Assembly: GCA_037442745.1 (NCBI GenBank)
Contig: JBBIPP010000016.1
Span: forward strand, 1 to 19,779
Source: an archaeon
GTDB lineage: Archaea > SpSt-1190 > DYHY01
DNA length: 19,779 nt
Reading direction: 5' to 3'
Shown piece after piece: positions 1 through 8,371 of the stretch. A program made the translations under genes and the position numbers. The notes beneath the pieces are model-generated. The model saw only the letters and a list, made by a program, of their open reading frames with translations, searched no databases and was not told the origin of the DNA. Position 1 is the stretch's first letter. Every line of letters begins with the position of its first letter.

Positions 1-291
1 CATAGTATTTAGAATAGTGCTTGGAGAATCCCGTCCCGTCAATATAGAGGCGGCGACTCGCCTTTTTCCGGAACGAGCGTTCCGTTGTCTGGACAAGGTA
101 GAAGAGGTGGGCGTTGTTGGAATAGATTTTGTTCGAGAACCGGGAATTTCTCTCCGGGATGCACCCCTGCTTTCAATAAATACTTCCTGAACAGGTTAAA
201 CAAAGGTTTGTTTGTCACAAAATGAACAAATATCCGGGGCTCTGGCCGGATATTCCTTTCAGTCATTTTCTAGGAGGGTTTCAACAGTCCC
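1..291 (-). mobile_element. IS5-family insertion sequence, left end plus degraded transposase 5' part, running off the window start
   Basis: The minus strand begins GGGACTGTTGAAACCCTCC at 291. Positions 199-291 match the reverse complement of 19687-19779 at 89/93 nt. A transposase-like reading frame follows. An internal 9-bp inverted repeat AATATCCGG/CCGGATATT lies at ~229-254. Confidence 0.8.
2..218 (-). pseudogene. IS5-family DDE transposase N-terminal remnant (frameshift plus internal deletion)
   Basis: The first frame reads VTNKPLFNLFRKYLLKAG. After a shift at ~163 it reads IPERNSRFSNKIYSNNAHLFYLVQTTERSFRKKASRRLYIDGTGFSKHYSKYY. IDGTGF..SKYY resembles the first catalytic Asp motif (IDxTGF) of archaeal IS5 transposases. 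The helical segment usually found between the S..Y motif and IDxTG appears deleted. Confidence 0.7.
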
Positions 292-300
292 TATAACTAT

Positions 301-935
301 TGCATTTATAATTGCCAAGATGAAGTGAATGTTTCCTCTAGATTCTCAACAGGAACTGTTCGTCCCAAAAATGTTACATTGTTTCCGGTTTCGTGGGGAG
401 AAATCAAATTCCTGAAAGGTGTTGCCAATATTTTCGAATTACCGGAAGAGACTGCTTTCCGGGCAGTTCTTGCGAAGAAACTGACGCAAGGCGCCCTGCC
501 CCGGGAGGATAACTAGATCCGAAAGGGAGCTATTGGGAGCTTCTCTGGAAATTGGCAGGAATTTACGGAAAAAATTCGTTGGTTCTCGCCCAAAGGAAGT
601 TTTATTGGGCGCTCGGGACCTATCTCTTTGTCCCTGAAGCTGAACTGAGCTTCCGGGCACATGATGTTGCGTCCGGCAATTTGGCTCTTGGGAGGGGGCT
701 TTCGGTTCCCGAGATCGAACATCTTGTCAGCAACATCCGGGGCAACGCCACAAGGGAACTGACTGCAAAAGCAGGAGGAGCAAAAATAATGAATCTGCCT
801 CCGGAGCAATTGTTCGAAAAATACGTCTTTCCTGTCTCTTCGCCGTCTATAGAATCTGAATTAATCAGAAAAATTGATGGCGTATGCCCCTCATCGGACT
901 CGGGAAAGAGCCCTCAGAGCAGTTTTGCTTGCTTG
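301..935 (+). pseudogene. Possible remnant of an unknown gene, 5'-truncated by the IS
   Basis: A protein-like frame at 301-516 ends in TAG. A protein-like sequence continues in another frame (ORF 552-1082: LAGIYGKNSLVLAQRKFYWALGTYLF...). No recognisable family. The 3' boundary is uncertain. Confidence 0.3.
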
Positions 936-1680
936 CCTCCGAGTTGTCTAGGCTCGAAGGTCTTTGTCTCGTTCTTTTTGTTTTTTGTTTCTGATGCCGA
1001 CAAAAGGGCTTGTCCAAACGCCAAATGGCCAAATCCCTCTTGCATGCATTTTCTCAGGGCGTCTGACATGCAGGCAGATTGAGACTGCCCGTTTCCGGTT
1101 GCCCGGACATTCAGGTCCCCTTTTCTTTTCCTGTTTTTTCTCTTTTTTTCTTGTCTTTCATACAGGGGTGTGTCAGGACATTTGTCCCGACAATTGCGGC
1201 GAAAGCGCATCCGGCCCAGTTGGCAGGAGGCTCGCCTGGAGGCTTCCTCCAATTTCTTCCTCTTTGGTTTCTTCTGCTGTATTTGAATGAAAATGAATGT
1301 GAAAATTGTGTGCTACAGCCCCCGGGAAGAAAGTTTGGTTTTTATTGGGGGTTTGGGGGCTAGCTTTTTGGCTAGTTTGAGAATATATCCTCCCGGGGGG
1401 TTTTTCTTTTGCAGCGGTCGAAAGCCGGCCTGATATTGGTAGACAGGCCTTCCAATTTGGGTTTACGCCCGTTTGGGCTTGGGGGTGGCTAGAAGATTGG
1501 AAGAAAATCTTGGAAAGGCTGCCCTTGATTGTCCCATAAACAAGCCGGCTTTTTGACTGTGAATTGATCATTTTGATTTTTTTCCGTTTTTTGTTTTGTT
1601 TGGTTTTCTTTTTGTTTTAATTGTTGGAAAAGAGAGGGAGGGGCAGACTCCTGCCGGCCGCGCTCCCTGTTGCTCTTTTC
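896..1680 (-). ncRNA. Candidate large structured RNA or 3' UTR downstream of ftsZ
   Basis: Many complementary stems: 1627-1646/1651-1680, 1421-1432/1541-1552, 1319-1329/1389-1399, 1171-1179/1184-1192, 1094-1107 (GCAA tetraloop on minus), 1072-1090, 1001-1008/1035-1042, 913-919/937-943 and 896-913. Most imperfect pairs are G-U on the minus strand and A-C on the plus strand. Confidence 0.5.
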
Positions 1681-1731
1681 GCTTGTTTGTCCGTCGTTAC
1701 TCTCCCGTTGTTCGTGTGTGTCTGTGTAACT

Positions 1732-2799
1732 TTACGCAAGCACAGGGATTCCCAAGTGGTTCGCTGTCTGCTTCGTCCGTATTGACGTTTCCTTCGGGCT
1801 CACTGCTCCGAGGATGTGGGGTGACTTTACCCCAGTTATTATCGTCATTACGCGGATAGAGCCTTCGAGCGCAGGGTCAATCCTCGCGCCCCAGATTACC
1901 GAGGCTCCGGGGTCCATGTCCTTTGCAACGAGGTCTCCGATTGTGTTGACCTCGTCCAGAGTCATGTCCGGCCCTCCGACAACATGCACCATTGCGCCTG
2001 TCGCGCCCTTGTAGTCAACATCGAGCAAGGGGTTCGAGAGCGCCTTCCTGACGGATTCCTCCGCCCTGTTCTCGCTTGTCGATTCCCCGACTCCGATTAC
2101 CGCGACTCCGCCGTTCGACATAACTGCTTTCACGTCTGCATAGTCCAGGTTGACCAGGCTCGGTACTGCGATTGTCTCGACAATTCCCTTGATCATTGTT
2201 GCAATCAGCTCGTCTGCAACCGCGAATGCTTGCGCAATCGGGAGCTTGCCTGCAACCTCAACCAGCCGGTTGTTGTCAATTACAATTACCGTGTCAGTCA
2301 TCTGCCTGAGCTCATAGAGCCCGGCTTCCGCCTTGAAAATCCTTGCCCGTTCCATCTTGAAGGGCATTGTCACAACGCCAATCACAATCGAGCCTTGCTC
2401 CTTTGCGAGCTGAGCAACTACCGGAGCGCTTCCGGTTCCTGTTCCTCCGCCCATCCCTGCAGTGACAAAAACGAGGTCGCAGTTCCGAAGAGAATCTTTT
2501 ATGTCGTTCCTCGCTTCCTCTGCTGCAGCCCTTCCGACTTCTGGATACCCGCCCGCGCCAAGACCTTTTGTAAGGTCACGGCCGATTAGTATCTTCTTGT
2601 CAGCTTCTCTTGCATCAAGGTGGAGCTTGTCAGTGTTCAAAGCAACAACTGTAGCTCCCTGAATGCCCAGACGGTATAGTCTGTCAGCGGTATTGTTTCC
2701 GGCTCCTCCACAGCCAACTACCACTATCCTGGCTTGGCCGACTTCAAAGTCAGCCCCAGGTCTTGCCACGCTTGCCGCACTCTGTAGGACATAGTCCAT
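1732..2799 (-). CDS. ftsZ: Cell division GTPase FtsZ (archaeal FtsZ2-like)
   Basis: Motifs [26 protein letters not shown] (tubulin signature) and T7 loop [10 protein letters not shown] (the Tyr form is typical of FtsZ2). The ATG at 2799 is preferred because SD GGGGTGA lies at 2814-2808; the alternative start is GTG at 2811. Confidence 0.97.
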   Translation of the reverse strand: MDYVLQSAASVARPGADFEVGQARIVVVGCGGAGNNTADRLYRLGIQGATVVALNTDKLHLDAREADKKILIGRDLTKGLGAGGYPEVGRAAAEEARNDIKDSLRNCDLVFVTAGMGGGTGTGSAPVVAQLAKEQGSIVIGVVTMPFKMERARIFKAEAGLYELRQMTDTVIVIDNNRLVEVAGKLPIAQAFAVADELIATMIKGIVETIAVPSLVNLDYADVKAVMSNGGVAVIGVGESTSENRAEESVRKALSNPLLDVDYKGATGAMVHVVGGPDMTLDEVNTIGDLVAKDMDPGASVIWGARIDPALEGSIRVMTIITGVKSPHILGAVSPKETSIRTKQTANHLGIPVLA

Positions 2800-2807
2800 T
2801 TTTTTCT

Positions 2808-3110
2808 TCACCCCGTCATTTCTTTGTTATGGCACTTTTCTGGAACTTTTCTCCCCAATCAGGGGCCCCAAAGGACCCGAGCAAGGGAAGACTTGCTTCA
2901 GAGTGCCGAAATGACTATATACTCGGGATAGCCATAGCTGTCCCAAGAAATTCAAAAAAAATTGAACCTTACCAGTTCAAGAAAATAGAATTTCAACTAA
3001 GACAGACGGAAAGGATACCAGACCAGCTGAGTTTACCAGACTCGCCGGGACACACAAAAACCGTTACCAGCGGATTTGTGCGCAGACTGTACCTATTTCT
3101 CTTTCCGCTT
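2808..3110 (-). promoter_or_regulatory. Candidate structured 5' leader of ftsZ, including the SD site
   Basis: No ORF on the ftsZ strand. Nested stems lie across the whole region. TTACCAG (CUGGUAA on minus) sits at hairpin apices 2969-2975, 3033-3039 and 3064-3070. Stem 2815-2822/2908-2915 abuts the SD. Confidence 0.6.
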
Positions 3111-3169
3111 ATTTGATATATATCCCTAGTTGCACTCTAATTTAATCAATGAATGCTATATACTCGAGA
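2915..3169 (-). repeat. Direct repeat CTATATACTCG(G/A)GA at 2915-2928 and 3156-3169; TATA-like on the minus strand
   Basis: 11 identical bases, 13/14 overall, 241 bp apart. Confidence 0.5.
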
Positions 3170-3283
3170 ACATTAATCAAACTATTTGGATTTATGCCTT
3201 GAATTATCCTTTTTCCGATATTTAACTCTTCCGAGTGGCGAATATTTTTTGGAGTATTTATATTCGGCAATTAACTTGGAAAA

Positions 3284-3612
3284 ATGTTCCAAAGGGGGAA
3301 CTCTATTGAGATTGTTTGCGGAGCGCTCGTTTTCAACAAGAGCGGAAAAATTCTCCTCTTGAAATATCCCAAATTGAAAGGGCTGATAAAAGTTCCCGGA
3401 GGTTGTATTGATTTCTGGGAAAAATATCTGACACATTCGTGAGAGAGGTTTTCGAGGAGACTGGCTTTCGGGCAAAGCCGGGGAAGCCTCTTGAATTCGG
3501 AGAAAGCCTGCTGAGCAAGAAATATAGAAATGGGGGAAGGCACCTCGTTTTTCTCAACTATTACTGCTAAGTTGGAAGAAGGGAGCCAACACCCTCGCTA
3601 AACGACAAGGCA
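3284..3612 (+). pseudogene. NUDIX hydrolase pseudogene
   Basis: ATG at 3284 gives MFQRGNSIEIVCGALVFNKSGKILLLK...VPGGCIDFWEK. A frameshift occurs in the A-run at ~3420, followed by SDTFVREVFEETG (Nudix box) ...HLVFLNYYC and an in-frame TAA at 3568. TATA-like TTTATA lies ~25 nt upstream. Confidence 0.85.
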
Positions 3613-4160
3613 ACCGATTTCTTCCAGAACGCGAAAAAGCAGTTCTATTCTGTCTCGAAGCTTTTGGGAATAACTGATTCCGAAAAGGATATTCTCGCTA
3701 CTCCGAAAAAGTTCCTTGAAGTTTCCATTCAAATAAGAAAGGATTCGGGAAAAACAAAGATCTTCGGGGGCTTTCGCTCAAGGCACTCTACTGCGAGGAG
3801 GCCCGCCAAAGAGGGAACGTGCTAAAATCCCGATGTCAATCCTGAAGTCCGGGCTCTTTCAATGCTAATTAGCTGAAAATGCGCGGTCGCAGAAATTCCC
3901 TAAGGAGGGAGCAAAGAAGGAGTTGTCCGCAATCAGAAGGAATTGTCCATCTGGGAATTTGAGCGGATTTCCCGGAGCTATTTCCGGGCAATCTCTTAAT
4001 TTATCTTCCCGAAAATCGACATTCGGGCGCCAGACGGCTAATACGAGAATTGAAAGGTGAAAGTTCGTTTTCGCTCATAACGGGAAAGTCCTTGTCCTTG
4101 GGCAGTTCACTCGGGCGCGAAAGGTCGACAGCAATTGCGAAACATTTCGCAGGGACATAA
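3613..4160 (+). pseudogene. gdhA: Glu/Leu/Phe/Val (glutamate) dehydrogenase pseudogene, N-terminal domain only
   Basis: FFQNAKKQF...LEVSIQIRKDSGKTKIFGGFRSRHSTARRPAKEG...EVRALSMLIS*KCAVAEIP*GGSKEG...DIRAPD, with stops at 3823, 3874, 3901, 3997 and 4039. After a frame change: ITGKSLSLGSSLGRERSTA. The NAD-binding domain is absent. Confidence 0.9.
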
Positions 4161-4257
4161 TTCTTGCCGGAAGGGCTCGCTCAGCGAAAATCTTGGCAGA
4201 CACTCCGACAGGCATCCAACACAATTAAATAGGAAAAAGGACTTTTTACAAGCGGAG

Positions 4258-6462
4258 ATGGGGGGGAGCGAATCCGGGCGCCTGTTTTTTGTCCTCTTGC
4301 TGGGAGTTTTCCTTATTTTTTTCCAAGGATTCCCGGCAGAACGCCAGATCTCCTCCTGCTCCCCGATAACCGAACCGGGCTCCTATTTCCTCTCAAATGA
4401 TCTGACGAATTCAACTACGAAAATACAGAACACTTATCCGGTTTGCCTGAAAATAAACGCATCGAACGTCCGCCTTGACTGCCGAGGATTTTCAATAACC
4501 GAATATTCTCCAAGCAACTCAATAGGGATATTCGCCCAAGGTTTTGCCAGAAACATAACTATTGAGAACTGCCCGAACATTTCCGGCTTTGAGACTGGAA
4601 TTCATTTCTCTGGGATTATTGACGGAGGAATACGGAATTCTGGGATTTTCGGGAACCTAAAGGGGGTTTATCTTGCATCCTCGGGCGGCAACTCGATTGC
4701 GTTGAACAATTTTTCAAGGAACCCTACAGGAATTGGCTCGTATAATTCAGAGAACAACGAATTCGTCGGAAACAGGATTTTTGAGAGCAAGGATGCAGGA
4801 ATAGCCATTGAAGGCTCTCTGGGAACAGTCGCCCCGGGAAGGGAGAATCTGCTAATAACAAACATTCTCGCCTCCGGAGTGAAGGGAATTGAAATTGTCC
4901 GCTCTGGCGGAAACATTCTGCTCGGAAACATCCTCTCCAATTTCTCGGGGAACGCAATACACATAAGGTCTGCATCGAAGAACAATGTTTCCGGAAACGA
5001 GATTTACGGCTCGAAAATCGGGATTTTCCTTGAGACTTCCTACGCCAACTTTTTGTCCTGCAACTATTTCGCGAACAACGCGTTTTCGGACATCGAGTCA
5101 TACTACAGCACAGACGACCTGAGGAACGCTTCCTGCTCTGAAAACGCGACAATAAACGCTAGAACAACGACAACTACCCAGTCGCCTCCGACATCGGTTG
5201 TTCCCGGGACAAGCACAACAGTGCTAACAACAATCCCTGCATGCTCCTGCGGGCCCTGGGTATTGAAGGGTTGCAATTTCGGAGGGTGCCCTGAAGGGAG
5301 CGAATATTCCGAGAGGGTGTGCGCGCCAGCAGGATGCGCCCCGGAAAAGTCGTGCATAATTAACCATTATTGCTATGTTCCGCCAAAGACAACGACAACT
5401 GTTCCCGCTCCGGCATGCCCGCCGAACTGCGAAGACAATAACCCTTGCACAAGGGACTTTTGCTCGAACAACACAGGATTCCTCTGTAGCCATTCCCCAT
5501 ATCCGGAAGGGTTCGCATGCGGAAGCAATTTTGTCTGCTCAAGGAACGCCACCTGCGATAAGAGGCAGATTGCAATTTCCTGCCCCGTCTGCAATCCCCC
5601 GACGGAATGGTCGGAATGCGATTCGGAGAAAAGGACAAGGCAGGTCAATTACTGCGGTCCTGAAACCGGCTATTTCTGCGTCCCGTATTCAGAAACTGAA
5701 GCATGCGCTGCCCAAACAACAGTTCCGACAACCTCCCCTACAACAACGTTGTCAGCCCCGGAATGCAAATCAAACTCGGATTGCCCAGTCTCCCAATTGT
5801 GCTCCGGAGGGAAATGCAAGAATCCCAAACTGACATTTGTCTTCGTCCCAGTATCCTGGAACGGATCGAGGGAGGCATTCATTGGCGAAGCGGAGAAATC
5901 GCTCTCCTTTTTCGTCTCAAACACGCCCCTTTCAGCATGCCCGGAGAGGGTGAAAATTGTTTTCGGAACTGAACCCTGCCCGGCCAAAATTTCCTGCAAG
6001 ACCTGCGGGGAGGCAATTGCAATAAGGAACTGCGCAAAGAGGGTCGTTCCAGCATTCGACATTGCTGTCGGTCTGACTGATAACAACAACCTCTGCGGAG
6101 GCCCGAGCATCAGGGGATTTTCCTGCAAAGTCGGGGGGGTTTTCGTGAAAAGCGGTTTCGCCGGAGTCCTTGCCCACGAAGCAGGGCATGAGTTCGGCCT
6201 GAGGGACGAATACTGCAACTACGGGACGAAATGCGGGGCATTGGCAGTCCCAAATCCCCTGAAGAAAGAATACGGGTGCGACCCGGAATCAAAGGACTGC
6301 TGTTCTTGCTCCGGTACATACTCTGTCTGTTGCCAGGGGAATTTGAACGCTTTCGGGGGGAGGTCAATAATGAGCTATGCGAATGCTCCGGGCCCGAGAG
6401 CGTTTGACGAGCCATCCCTAGCCCACCTGAGGACTCTTGACAAAATGAGGTGTGACACATGA
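4258..6462 (+). CDS. Secreted modular protein: NosD-like right-handed beta-helix, Thr-rich linkers, Cys-rich repeats and a C-terminal metzincin-type zinc metallopeptidase
   Basis: Hydrophobic signal after ATG 4258; GIxLxxSxNNxIxxN repeats; TTTTT linkers; CEDNNPCTRDFC and WSEC..RTR modules; HEAGHEFGLRDEY zinc motif and SIMSY Met-turn. Confidence 0.85.
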   Translation: MGGSESGRLFFVLLLGVFLIFFQGFPAERQISSCSPITEPGSYFLSNDLTNSTTKIQNTYPVCLKINASNVRLDCRGFSITEYSPSNSIGIFAQGFARNITIENCPNISGFETGIHFSGIIDGGIRNSGIFGNLKGVYLASSGGNSIALNNFSRNPTGIGSYNSENNEFVGNRIFESKDAGIAIEGSLGTVAPGRENLLITNILASGVKGIEIVRSGGNILLGNILSNFSGNAIHIRSASKNNVSGNEIYGSKIGIFLETSYANFLSCNYFANNAFSDIESYYSTDDLRNASCSENATINARTTTTTQSPPTSVVPGTSTTVLTTIPACSCGPWVLKGCNFGGCPEGSEYSERVCAPAGCAPEKSCIINHYCYVPPKTTTTVPAPACPPNCEDNNPCTRDFCSNNTGFLCSHSPYPEGFACGSNFVCSRNATCDKRQIAISCPVCNPPTEWSECDSEKRTRQVNYCGPETGYFCVPYSETEACAAQTTVPTTSPTTTLSAPECKSNSDCPVSQLCSGGKCKNPKLTFVFVPVSWNGSREAFIGEAEKSLSFFVSNTPLSACPERVKIVFGTEPCPAKISCKTCGEAIAIRNCAKRVVPAFDIAVGLTDNNNLCGGPSIRGFSCKVGGVFVKSGFAGVLAHEAGHEFGLRDEYCNYGTKCGALAVPNPLKKEYGCDPESKDCCSCSGTYSVCCQGNLNAFGGRSIMSYANAPGPRAFDEPSLAHLRTLDKMRCDT

Positions 6463-7100
6463 AAAGGCACGTTTTCCCCGCAGGTCTCTTTCTCATTGTG
6501 CTTTTGATTTCTCCGGTTTTCTCGGTTTCCGCTCAGGAGTATTCGGTTGAATTCCAGGTGGAAATTTATCTGGACGGAACAGGAAAAATAATCTCATACT
6601 CACCAATCCCAGGGAGTTCATGGGAAAGTTACGGCGAATACCAGGCAACCCTTTTCTCCGGCAAAAGCCCGGTTTCCAGTTCAAATTTCTCGGCGGATTT
6701 CCTTCTCCTTACGGACCCCCCAATCGAAACCTCTGAGGCAATTGGGCTAGTCAAGCTTCCGGCAGGAAATGGATTGCCCGACAGAATCGACATACTCTCT
6801 CCCAACGGGAACCTCGTTCTCTCAGAAAGAATCTCTGTTTGCAACAAAGATTCCCTCTGCCAGAGCCCGGAGGAAAACAGGCTTTCTTGCCCAAGTGATT
6901 GCCTAGGTCTCCCAGACGGACTCTGCGAGCCCGATTTGGCCGGATGCGACTCCGACTGCGAAAATTTGGCGGATTCCGACTGCCTCCGGGTCGGGGAAAG
7001 CAAAGGCGGAGTCAACCTCTCGCTTTTCCTCTCAATTCTCCTCGGGATTGCTGTCTTCCTCGCATACTACCTCTACAGCTGGAAGAAGGCTCGCCTCTGA
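6459..7100 (+). CDS. Membrane-anchored surface protein with a Cys/Asp-rich stalk
   Basis: N-terminal signal peptide; CNKDSLC..ENRLSCPSDC..DGLC..CDSDC..DSDC; C-terminal TM helix with a basic tail (WKKARL). ATGA overlap with the upstream gene. Confidence 0.8.
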   Translation: MKRHVFPAGLFLIVLLISPVFSVSAQEYSVEFQVEIYLDGTGKIISYSPIPGSSWESYGEYQATLFSGKSPVSSSNFSADFLLLTDPPIETSEAIGLVKLPAGNGLPDRIDILSPNGNLVLSERISVCNKDSLCQSPEENRLSCPSDCLGLPDGLCEPDLAGCDSDCENLADSDCLRVGESKGGVNLSLFLSILLGIAVFLAYYLYSWKKARL

Positions 7101-7161
7101 GGGACCGTGCGGAATCACGCAAAACTCTTTATATTCGGGAGAATGGCGAAAGGGGCTTTTC

Positions 7162-8354
7162 ATGGAAATATCCAGAGGCTTCTTTTCGTTCGGCAGTCCT
7201 CAGGCAGCCGGGAAAATATTACCTGATTTGAAGAAAACCTAGTTCTTCCTAGCAGTTCTTCTTCTCGGAACGCTCTCTTTCCTCGGAGGAATGACCTTCA
7301 AGCAGGTTCTCGCAGTCTGCATAGTCGCCTCGTTCATTCTCGGGACCATTCTCTACTGGGAACTGAAGCTCGCATTCGCTTTCATAGGGCTTGCGCTATC
7401 CTTTGCATCCGGGATTCTTGACATTCCAAATTTCGTTGAATTCGCGTCCCTTGAGATAATCGAGTTCCTGATTGGAATGATGCTCTTCGTCGGATTCTTC
7501 AAGAAAAACAAGCTTTTCGAATATCTAATAGGCAAAATTGTCACGCTGCTCTCCGGAAATCAAGTCCTGTTTTTCTCGCTCCTCGTTCTCTCCGCCTTTC
7601 TCTCGGCAGTTGTCGATGAAGTGACGTCAATTCTCTTCATGACGGGAATGATTTTCTGCATATGCTCGAGAATCTGGATAGCGCCGGTTCCACTCCTTAT
7701 GCTCTCGATTTTAGCTACAAACATTTGTAGCAGCGCGACTGCTGTCGGAAACCCTGTAGTGGTGCTGATTGCAATAAAAGGCAAGCTCTCGTTCGGGGAC
7801 TTTTGTGCCGGCAACGCCGGTAACTTTGCTGGTTCTTCTCGCATTCCTTGTTTTCGTCTTTGTTTTCTTCCGGGATTATATTAGGGAATTCTCTGAAAAG
7901 ATGGGCCCGGTGCACTATCGCAAAGGTTTTGAGGAAGTCAAGTTCAGCGTAGCCAGAATAAACGGCTTGATTCTCTTGGGAATAGTCTTTCTTGGGTTAA
8001 TATTCAACGGAACAATTGAGAAGGCTCTTCATCTTAGCAAAAACAGCCTGCTTTTGGGCGAGCGCATTCCTCGACAATGTCCTTGCGGTTGCGACATTCT
8101 CGCCTGTGGTGGAAGGTCTGGAAACAGTCAATGCTGGGAACGTTCTTTGGTTGGCCTTTCTCTTCTGGGGAACCCTTTTTGGGAACCTGACAATAATCGG
8201 AAGCACGGCGAACATTGTCGCGCTGGGGCTCCTCGAAAAGAACTATTGGATAGAAATAGGCTTCCTTGAATTGATGAAATACGGCTTTTTCGTCACATTC
8301 GTGACTGTCGGCGTGGCGATTTCGGCAATACCAATAAGGAACGGTCTCGTATAA
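7162..8354 (+). pseudogene. ArsB/NhaD/CitMHS (ion transporter superfamily) permease pseudogene
   Basis: Motifs LSAVVDEVTSIL, ATNICSSATAVGNP, FLDNV and GNLTIIGSTANIV are split over three frames (7291, 7805, 8016). There is an in-frame TAG at 7240, a frameshift at ~7805 and a frameshift with apparent deletion at ~8058. Confidence 0.85.
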
Positions 8355-8371
8355 GCTGGGAGGAAAAGGAT

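Noticed and set aside
510-535. SRP RNA helix-8-like CTAGATCCGAAAGGGAGC
   Set aside because: It lacks the conserved CAGG...AGCA match and the long flanking helix.
1185-1220. Group II intron domain V-like GGGCCGGAUGCG...CGCA (minus)
   Set aside because: No AGC/CGC triad, no closing lower stem, no domain VI and no RT ORF.
1235-1252. RNase P RNA CR-I-like GAGGAAGCCUCC (minus)
   Set aside because: The spacing differs from GAGGAANNUCC, and no CR-V (ACANAANNNNGCUUA-like) partner was found.
914-1571. ORFs 914-1252 and 1173-1571 (minus) as proteins
   Set aside because: Low-complexity translations driven by A-rich tracts, overlapping each other, with no recognisable motifs. Not fully excluded.
3010-3050. 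tRNA gene suggested by D-loop-like AGUCUGGUAA/CUCAGCUGGU
   Set aside because: No T-arm (GTTCRA in a 5-bp stem at the right spacing) and no acceptor stem.
4135-4257. TTG-started N-terminal extension of the peptidase gene
   Set aside because: It precedes the signal peptide and contains the TATA-like ATTAAATA; ATG 4258 is more plausible.
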